A stretch of 64,000 nucleotides of DNA from Naegleria gruberi (taxonomy: Eukaryota), in assembly GCA_000004985.1 (NCBI GenBank), contig GG738852.1; one strand, 5' to 3'. This document shows, piece after piece, positions 46,001 to 54,078 of this stretch (positions are counted from its first letter, which is position 1; each line of letters starts with the position of its first letter). The notes beneath the pieces were generated by a model that ran no database searches, was not told the origin of the DNA, and was given only the letters and a program-made list of their open reading frames with translations. The translations under genes and the position numbers were made by a program.

Positions 46001-46830
46001 AGAGTGCTATGATTATCATGGAAGCTAAGAAGAACTATATTGCCTCCTCAAATATTTGTCGTGATTACCTCAATGATAATGAAGAGGCTGTTCTTAGATT
46101 GGTTGCTGGTAAGGAATGGAAGGAAGCAATCAGAGTTGCCATTTCAACTGGAAGAAGCGATCTTATTGAAACCCACATCAAACAAGGAGTTTTTGATTCT
46201 GCTAAGGAAATTACCAATGACTTGGCCGAAAATGAGACTAAATTGTCCAAATATATTAGTCGTCTTAAGGAATTGAGAGAGGAAAAGGAAAGAATATTGA
46301 GAGAACAATTATTATTACAACAACATAATGATGGAGAATTTGGTGAAGATATGCCACACAATTTTGATGCTCTCTCAGAGGCTAGTAGTATGCAAAGTGG
46401 TATCAGTGGTTATTCTGGTGTCTCAGTTTTATCTACAAGATCATCTGTTTCATCAGTCGTTTCAAAGAGAACAATTTCAAGAAAGAAGAAGAATAGAGAA
46501 AAACTGAAGAAGGGTTCACCATTTGAAGAAGGTACTTTGGTTTCAAGAATTGAATCCCTTATACCATCATCAGTGTCTATTTCTTCCGTTTCTTCACTTT
46601 TGGAAGTTCTTATTTACTTTGACAAATTCGAGGAGGCTAAAGCTTTACAAGTTGGTCTCGAAACCCTTATCAAGACTTGTCGTGACAATGCCGAATTGAT
46701 TGAAGAACCATTCCAACCTCCACAAATTGAAAATGAACCAGTTCCTCCAACAAGATATCCAAGAAAAGTTGCTGAAATTATTGGTGGTGATTTGGACAAG
46801 TTATCTTGGAAATTGAATTTACTTGAATAA
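43015..46830 (+). CDS. ELP1: Elongator complex protein 1 (IKI3/IKAP family)
   Basis: ATG at 43015. Collinear conserved blocks: '[15 protein letters not shown]', '[16 protein letters not shown]', 'VIPPPMCAE', 'LQMPRGNLE', '[29 protein letters not shown]', the basic '[20 protein letters not shown]' region, and a terminal 'WKLNLLE*'. Confidence 0.92.
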   Translation: [1271 protein letters not shown]

Positions 46831-46842
46831 AGATCTTATTTA

Positions 46843-49221
46843 TTATCTTCTCTGATTGTAAATAGTTTCAATAGTTTCGTTAAATCGTTCTCTTGCATTT
46901 CGTCCAAGTTGCGTATCAATCTTTTCTATTGCCTCCTTGGTTTCTTTCTTTAATTGTTCTGTTTGAGCAAGCAAATAGTCTGCATTTTTCATATACTCTG
47001 TTTCTACAAGGGAAGTCAATTTCTTATATTCTTCAATTTCTGCAATGTGGATATTTTTCTTATTAAGCAATGCAGTGTCAACATTTGCTTCTTTCAACTT
47101 TTCCAGTTTTGATTTGATCTTGGAGTTTTTAAGAATGTTTCTTAGTGCCTTTTCAATTGTTTCTGTTTGGGAGGGACCAACATCTTCTTCTCTATTGACC
47201 TTGTCTGAATTTTCTGTATCAACTTTGGTTGATTTTATAGTGTCTCTCATTAATGTGGAAGCAAGAGTACTCATTAAATTGTCATCAAAATCACTTGGCA
47301 ATAATAAGCTTCCTCTGGAAAAGTTGAGAGAATTCCTTGTGGAGATGGCAAGTTGCATTTCCAATTTTCTTCTAACAGCCTCAGAAGAAAATGGCATATT
47401 ATCAATATCAATACCAATTCGTTGCAGATAGTCTTGGTAGGTTTCTTGGCTTCCAATTGTGGATACACTAATATTATCATCATAGTCAACCTGATGAATG
47501 TCTTCTTCTTTTGGATCCTCTCTCCCAATATGTATCACTCGTTCTTCATAGTAAGGTATTTCAACTGGTGTCATATCAATGGTTGATTCTGGTTGTTTTG
47601 GACTATCCTTCTTCCTCAAATCATCAATATAAATAATTTTATCCAAGTACACGGGAGGGACGTAAGGTTTGTGAAGAGTTTCTTCTGGTTGTTCTTCTTT
47701 CTTTTCTTCTCCTAGAATTATCACCCTCTCTTCGAATGGTGGTGGTTTTGGTTCTTCATCCTCAATAACCGGCTCTGATTTCACAACAGTTTCTATCTTT
47801 GCAGGTAAAATCTCGACGGGTTTCTTTGGTTCTGCTTTTTTAGGAGTTTCTTCAATTATTCTTTTTGGGATGGCTGGCTCGACTGGTTTCTCAAGTTGTG
47901 GTATTAATTCCTTGGCAATAGATTCTTTCTGTATTGGATATGATTGTTCAGTAACAGAATGGATAGGCATATTGGCAATGGATTGTTGAACTGGTTGAAT
48001 TTTAGTGTTGGAATAGGTCAAAATTGTTGGTTTGTCTGAAATTGTTACTGATTTTCTCAATGAATTTGAAAGGGTAGTTGGCATGTAATCTTCCAATTCA
48101 TAGACAATATGAACTTCATTGGATTTGGGTATTTTCTGCTCATTGGAATTGAAGAGAGGAATGTTGCTTACGTTATGAATTGGAATATCAGCCTGAAAAG
48201 CAGGAATTTGGGAAGAAGCAGCTTGTGGTGGCTTTTCTGGAAATAGATTTGTATTGTTTAAAATGGCAATGTCTAGAAGAGAGTTATCATTCCCCTCGCG
48301 CTCTTGCTTTTCAAGAATTTGAAAATATGTTTCCAGGTCAATAATCCTAGAATGCAAATGCCCCGAATGTCTAAAGGCATCGAATAGGTGATCCTTACAA
48401 TCCTTTGGTTCCTCCTTCTTTGGTTCAATTTTTACAGGTGGGGATGTTTGTTTTGTTTGGATTGGTTTTTCTTGTGTTTTTAAATCAATTTGAACACCCT
48501 TATCACTGGTGTCAATTATTGAAGATTCCTCAACTGTTGACTCCTCAACATATGTTGGTAATATTTGCTTTTGATTGTACTGTGGAAAGTTTGATTTCAA
48601 AAGTTGAATAGAAATATTGTCAGCAACAGAGTTTTCTTTCGAATCGAATCGTTTGTAGAGTAGCCTTTGCTTTTTCTTTTGATCTTTTTTGAGATCTTCT
48701 GTTTGAATAATATTATGTGAAGGATTGAATGGATCCAATAATAGTTTTTCTCTGTTTTTTGATTTCTTTTCCTTCTTTTTGAGTTTTCCATCTGGGTTCA
48801 ATAACTTAGGTTGTGGTGGAGGTACGTAAGGATGATAGGGATGATAAGGAACTTGTTGATGTTGAGGGAATGGGAAAGGGACTGGATGGAAGGGGATCTG
48901 ATTATTAGTATGATAGTACAAATCTTGATGTAAACGATGAGTATCCCTATCTAAATACTCATCGGAAGGTACTTCACGATCAGTGATTGTACGGTTAGGG
49001 TTGAGAAGAACACTTTCATCATATCTGGATTGTCTAGGAGGGGGTGGAGGTCGATTAATGTATGGATTATTTACATGATGATGAGGTGGATAAATATTTG
49101 GTAATTGTGGTTGGTGAGGATAATAAGGTGGTAATTGTTGTTGAGTAGGTCTTTGAAAAGGTCTTCTATCTTGAATCCGAAGCAGTCTTACACCAGCTTC
49201 ACTATCTGCCACACCCAACAT
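46843..49221 (-). CDS. Hypothetical 792-aa Pro/Tyr/His-rich protein with Lys-rich and C-terminal coiled-coil regions
   Basis: ATG at 49219-49221. Single ORF. Its stop lies 12 bp from the ELP1 stop (convergent). Confidence 0.55.
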   Translation of the reverse strand: MLGVADSEAGVRLLRIQDRRPFQRPTQQQLPPYYPHQPQLPNIYPPHHHVNNPYINRPPPPPRQSRYDESVLLNPNRTITDREVPSDEYLDRDTHRLHQDLYYHTNNQIPFHPVPFPFPQHQQVPYHPYHPYVPPPQPKLLNPDGKLKKKEKKSKNREKLLLDPFNPSHNIIQTEDLKKDQKKKQRLLYKRFDSKENSVADNISIQLLKSNFPQYNQKQILPTYVEESTVEESSIIDTSDKGVQIDLKTQEKPIQTKQTSPPVKIEPKKEEPKDCKDHLFDAFRHSGHLHSRIIDLETYFQILEKQEREGNDNSLLDIAILNNTNLFPEKPPQAASSQIPAFQADIPIHNVSNIPLFNSNEQKIPKSNEVHIVYELEDYMPTTLSNSLRKSVTISDKPTILTYSNTKIQPVQQSIANMPIHSVTEQSYPIQKESIAKELIPQLEKPVEPAIPKRIIEETPKKAEPKKPVEILPAKIETVVKSEPVIEDEEPKPPPFEERVIILGEEKKEEQPEETLHKPYVPPVYLDKIIYIDDLRKKDSPKQPESTIDMTPVEIPYYEERVIHIGREDPKEEDIHQVDYDDNISVSTIGSQETYQDYLQRIGIDIDNMPFSSEAVRRKLEMQLAISTRNSLNFSRGSLLLPSDFDDNLMSTLASTLMRDTIKSTKVDTENSDKVNREEDVGPSQTETIEKALRNILKNSKIKSKLEKLKEANVDTALLNKKNIHIAEIEEYKKLTSLVETEYMKNADYLLAQTEQLKKETKEAIEKIDTQLGRNARERFNETIETIYNQRR

Positions 49222-49455
49222 TGAAGAATTATTCAGATGAGCAGTGGTGTATTCTTCAAATATATATTCTATAAACTTTGATGATGAATTACAAGTATTG
49301 TTGTTTTAATAACCATTAATTTTTTTTTGTACTCAAAATGGCGGGAAGTTTTCAAAGTTTTAAGAAATAATGTTATTCCTACGAATATTTTCTATGAGAT
49401 ATTCATTAGCTTTCAATGTAGAGTCGATGAATTGGATAAGCAGTATTGATTTTTC

Positions 49456-49710
49456 CTATTTCCACTCACGTTCTTCTAGTTTTGCTCTTTCTGAGAGTAA
49501 ACTTTCCGATCTCAAATTAAAAACATCCAGCGTATAAACAATAGCCAATGTCAAGACTAAACCAAAACCTAAATAATAATTTTGAGCGAAAAATCTCATG
49601 GAACCTCGCAAGATATTTGCCAAAATTTCTGTGAATGACTTGTTGGCATACTGGATGGAGTCCTTTTTCTTTTCCTTCAAGGAATCGGATTCATCATCAG
49701 GTTTGTTCAT
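49456..49710 (-). CDS. Small single-TM protein (~84 aa from the first true ATG): 'RFFAQNYYLGFGLVLTLAIVYTL' TM followed by a short coiled C-terminus
   Basis: The track start at 49806 is TTG. The first ATG is at 49708-49710. Could be a tail of a larger spliced gene. Weak. Confidence 0.35.
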   Translation of the reverse strand: MNKPDDESDSLKEKKKDSIQYANKSFTEILANILRGSMRFFAQNYYLGFGLVLTLAIVYTLDVFNLRSESLLSERAKLEEREWK

Positions 49711-50434
49711 GGCATTGACTCTTTTACGAATGGATTCTGCCTTTTCAGCTCTTGATAATTCCTCTTGCTCTTTACTATTATTGTGTGTAATTAATATATT
49801 CTTCAACTATTTACTAATTTTAAAAACATACTCTCCTCTCAAAAGTGAATATCTTCGTTCCGTAATGCTATTTATATTATTTTTGATTGGATTTTGTTGA
49901 GGGATTAATTTCCGAAGGTTTAAAACATTTCCGAATTGAATATTAAATGATTTAGTCGACCTAGAAATAAGCCCTTGATGTTTTAACATTTTTTTAAAAT
50001 TAATATTGAATAAAAATAAAATCATTTATTTATTGAATTCAATTCTTTTCTTTCATTTTTTAAATAATTATTAATAAATTACAATAAGTTAAAACTAATT
50101 GTCATAAAATAGGAGATATCGTTGATTTTCATCACAGCATAGGTAATATGGATCACCTTCTCAAATCAGGATACAGAAACAAAAACAGAAGAGAAAATAA
50201 ATTATTTTTAAAAAAAATGAAACGTTCACCCAATCCAGAGGGAAACAACAATGAGTAATAAACGTTTCCTCACCATCAGCATCAGCAACATCTCATACAG
50301 TTCCAAATTATGGAACACCAACCTCGGAAGGAAATCAACAATTTAGAAGTGTTTATGGACATGAATCACCAAGCCCTTCCTTTAACAAACCAGGAAGAAA
50401 ACTAAAACTTCACGAATTTGCTGGTGTACAACAA

Positions 50435-52501
50435 TTGGATGAGGGTGATGTTGAATTGGGTGACAATAATACATCCTTTGAAAAACAAAGACATATTCAT
50501 CATGGTACTGACGACTATGAATATACAGCCACACAAGGTGATTCTCATGTAATCACAATTGGAGGCAATGATGATGTTAGTGAAATGGTAGTTGATCACA
50601 ATGGTTCATTCTTTGCAAGAGAGGATGATTATAGGCCTCAACACGGTCTCTACATGTCAGCAGGTAATACTTCTGCATCTTCAATAGATTCGATAGCAAG
50701 TTTTGCCAGTTCTACAGATTTGGATGCTTTAGCAATTTTGAATGACGAAGATATTAAAGGTTTTGTTGCCGAACAATTAGTACCAATCGGAGAAAAACAA
50801 ACAATAGTAGATAGTATCAAACATAGTCATTCACATCTTCGTCCAGCTCTCAATGTAAAAAATCCACAAGGACATCACCATGAAATGATGAATCAATACG
50901 ATCAACAACCAATTGAACCAAGTAATAAGGGTGAGGAAAAAATGGGACTTGTTTCTGCAGCTTCTTCATTCAAAGAAAAGGTAGTAGATTTATTCTCTGC
51001 TGCCAAAACAAGAATCATGCAAAAGGATCAACCAGTTCTTCTACCATCACAAAAAAGAAAACTCAGAGGATGGTTTATGAAAAAGTACAAGAGAGCAAGA
51101 AAAAAGGAGGCTGCTCTTGAAGAAGAAGAAGAAGAAGAGGAGGAGGAAGAAAAGAAACCATCTGATAAAGGAATAATAGAAAAAATTATTAGTTGTTTTA
51201 GATCTGAAAGATCTGAAAGCAGAGTTTTATATACTGAATTGAGTGAAGAAGACAAGATGAAGGTACAATCTTTAATTTTGGATTTAGGGTATGCTCTGAC
51301 TCTTTATGGTATCAGTGCTAACAGAACTGAATATCACTTGACACTTGTCTGTACCTATTTTGGTATAGATGCTTATTTCAATATTACACCAGTTGGTATT
51401 TGGTTTGCTTTTGGTCAAAAGATGAGAGAAGCAGAAAATAGAACATTTTATGTTAAGGTTGAAACACAAATGTTGAACTTGGACAAACTTTCCAAGTTAG
51501 ATAATGTTGCCATGAATATTGCTCGTGGTCGTTTGGGAGTTGACGAAGCAAGAAAAGAAATTGCTAGAATTGTTTCTGCTCCAAATGTATATGAACATCC
51601 AGTTTTCCACATTTTCATGCACTTTATATGTCCAGGTCTTTTTGGCCTATTGTGGAGTGGTAACGTGGCTGAGCTATTAACTTGTCTTTCATCTGGTTTG
51701 GCTATTGCATTAATGCAAATGTTCTTCCAGAGGTTTGCATTTTATAGGAATGTCCAACAAATTATGGCTACAGTTACTGCTGGTATTGTTGGTATAATTA
51801 TGAAAGCTATATTTTATGGAAAATTTGAAGTTTCTGTTTCTTTGGTTGCATTGGCTGCAACGTGGCAATTTTTACCTGGTCAACCTATGGCTGTTGCTTG
51901 TTACGAAATTGCTACTGGTGCTTTATTGAGTGGTATTTGTCGTTTTGTTGTCTCTTTTGTGGTTATCCTAAAATTAGGTTTTGGCTTCCTCATTACTAAT
52001 GTCATTGTTACTAACATTCCTCATTTGGGAGAAAGTGAAATCAACCCGCCAGAAAGAGAAGCCATTCCACTGTGGTTCAGATTCATTATCATGATTGGAT
52101 TGGCCCTTAATATTGTATTTACCAGAAGAGTTCCAAAACATGCATTCTCAATCATTTACATTACCTTGTCTACTGTTAGTGCCCACATTGTTGCCTTCTA
52201 TCTTTCGAGTGTCATGCACAACACTGAAGCAGGTACAATTATTGGTGGTATCTTGATTGGTATTATGGGTAATATTTTCACACTCATTTCCAAAAAGCCG
52301 TCCATTATGGTCGTTGGTATTGGTGCTCTTCTTTTAGGTCCTGGTTCAATGTCTTTCAGAGGTATTGCTGCCTTTGTTTTCAAGGAAACAACAGAGGGTT
52401 TGAATTTGTTATTTGAAATTTTCTGGGTTGGTTTGGCTCTCTTCTTTGGTTTCACAGTTGCTAATATTGTCGTTCCAATCAAACAAAACATTAACGTTTA
52501 A
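50435..52501 (+). CDS. ThrE/PRM10-family (DUF1212 + DUF3815) multi-pass membrane protein with a long hydrophilic N-terminal region and a poly-Glu tract
   Basis: ThrE core 'LILDLGYALTLYGISANRTEYHLTLVCTYFGIDAYFNITPVGIWFAFG' followed by 9 or more TM helices. The track start at 50435 is TTG. The frame is open back to 50255 with no in-frame ATG until ~50583, so the true 5' end is unresolved. Confidence 0.7.
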   Translation: MDEGDVELGDNNTSFEKQRHIHHGTDDYEYTATQGDSHVITIGGNDDVSEMVVDHNGSFFAREDDYRPQHGLYMSAGNTSASSIDSIASFASSTDLDALAILNDEDIKGFVAEQLVPIGEKQTIVDSIKHSHSHLRPALNVKNPQGHHHEMMNQYDQQPIEPSNKGEEKMGLVSAASSFKEKVVDLFSAAKTRIMQKDQPVLLPSQKRKLRGWFMKKYKRARKKEAALEEEEEEEEEEEKKPSDKGIIEKIISCFRSERSESRVLYTELSEEDKMKVQSLILDLGYALTLYGISANRTEYHLTLVCTYFGIDAYFNITPVGIWFAFGQKMREAENRTFYVKVETQMLNLDKLSKLDNVAMNIARGRLGVDEARKEIARIVSAPNVYEHPVFHIFMHFICPGLFGLLWSGNVAELLTCLSSGLAIALMQMFFQRFAFYRNVQQIMATVTAGIVGIIMKAIFYGKFEVSVSLVALAATWQFLPGQPMAVACYEIATGALLSGICRFVVSFVVILKLGFGFLITNVIVTNIPHLGESEINPPEREAIPLWFRFIIMIGLALNIVFTRRVPKHAFSIIYITLSTVSAHIVAFYLSSVMHNTEAGTIIGGILIGIMGNIFTLISKKPSIMVVGIGALLLGPGSMSFRGIAAFVFKETTEGLNLLFEIFWVGLALFFGFTVANIVVPIKQNINV

Positions 52502-52710
52502 GCAGCTAACTAGTTGGTAAAGTTGCTTCTAAGATTTTAATTTATTCGAGTTTATTAAAACAAATTTTTATTTCAAACTAGTTCAATATGCTACATGTAC
52601 CCTTACAAGATCAAACTTTTAACACAACATTGAAAAATTCGTAAAAATTAAAAGCCTTTATAAAAATGAATAGCAAAAAAATTATTTGCAAAATATTATT
52701 ATTATAAAAA

Positions 52711-53814
52711 ATGCTCAAACGCGCTACCCGTCAATTACTTGTTCGTCCATCATCAACACACCTCAAGTTTATTCAACCAGCATCCGGTTATCATGTCTCT
52801 TTGAATAACAACATTGGTTCCATATTCGATGTTAAGGACTCCAACGACAATGATATTTTCAAATCTCTTACTCAAGCCTTTGAAGAGGACAATAACAACA
52901 ACAACAAGCGCCCAAATAAGAAACAACAACAACAACCACAAAAGGATTCATCATCTGTTCTCATGAGAAGTATTTTCGAAGAATTGAAGAGCACTGACTC
53001 TAACACATCATCACAAAAAGCAACACCTACCACTACCGATGCCTCCAAGTTTGCTTTTGATACATTCTTGTTTGGTGATACCAAGATGGATACCTTGACT
53101 CTTCAATCAGCCACACAAACTGGAGCTTCTAAACAATCTCAAGAGTCCTATTATTTGGGACAAAAAGTTGTTCATGAAGATCCTATTACATTTGAAGTTT
53201 TTGTTGAAGGTCAAGTTAAATTAATTTCTAAAGCTCTCCAAAGAGTTTCAAGTGAACGTGTCGATACATTGTCGAAGGAAACCAGTAAAATGGTGCAATT
53301 ATTGAGAACCGAACAAGCCAAGCTTGAAGATGTTGAATCAACTTTCCTTTCAATTGAAAAGCCAACAGCAGCTGATTTTTCATTGATGGCTAAGGCCTAT
53401 TCCAAAGATATTAGTACTCGTATTGGTGTCAATAACACATACAAGCAATTACATGATCCACAAGCATTTGGTACCATACTCTTACAAACCTATGCTAAAT
53501 TGGGTCAAAAGGATAACATGAATCAAATTTTGGAACACGTCAGCAAGGACTCTTTGGTTTATATCTCTTTACTTAAGAATTTGAAGGAAATGAGAGCCTC
53601 GTTCGATTTGTTGAAGAACTTTTATGATTCAATTCCAGAAAATATGAAGGAAGAAGGATCATTCATTAGAGAAACTTTGAAGAGAGAAGAAAAGGTCAAT
53701 GACATGGAAAATATTCTGTTGAAGGAAGGTGCTCCAATTCAAGGTACTTACTTTAATGCTTTTGTTACCCCAATTTTGGGTTACAATAGGCCACATCCAC
53801 CAGAACACAAATAA
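52711..53814 (+). CDS. Hypothetical protein with an N-terminal mitochondrial-presequence-like segment (MLKRATRQLLVRPSS...)
   Basis: ATG at 52711, TAA stop. Amphipathic Arg-rich N-terminus. No family recognised. Confidence 0.55.
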   Translation: MLKRATRQLLVRPSSTHLKFIQPASGYHVSLNNNIGSIFDVKDSNDNDIFKSLTQAFEEDNNNNNKRPNKKQQQQPQKDSSSVLMRSIFEELKSTDSNTSSQKATPTTTDASKFAFDTFLFGDTKMDTLTLQSATQTGASKQSQESYYLGQKVVHEDPITFEVFVEGQVKLISKALQRVSSERVDTLSKETSKMVQLLRTEQAKLEDVESTFLSIEKPTAADFSLMAKAYSKDISTRIGVNNTYKQLHDPQAFGTILLQTYAKLGQKDNMNQILEHVSKDSLVYISLLKNLKEMRASFDLLKNFYDSIPENMKEEGSFIRETLKREEKVNDMENILLKEGAPIQGTYFNAFVTPILGYNRPHPPEHK

Positions 53815-54078
53815 ACCATACACAACCACGGTAAAACACATTAAAATAAAGGAACTATTATCACAATTGGATTATTCATTTTTCTGATTTGAGTTATTAA
53901 TATAACAGAGATTCTGATATTCTATAACAACCAACTTTCCCGCTCAATGTACTGAAAGCATTACGATTTTGTGGTTGAGGTGTTTCTCAACTTTAAAAAA
54001 AAATATTAAAAAGCCGTGAGAAAGCTTTTGTATTACTTATCTAAATAACCTCTTCGGCTTTGTATAATTGATATCAAA

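Noticed and set aside
49807-50025. Candidate 25-nt introns (49830-49855 region joining ORFs 49807-50025 and 49456-49806, and 50255-50279 upstream of the ThrE gene)
   Set aside because: 25 nt is well below the 42-64-nt size of every verified intron in this window. They may be coincidental GT...AG pairs in AT-rich DNA.
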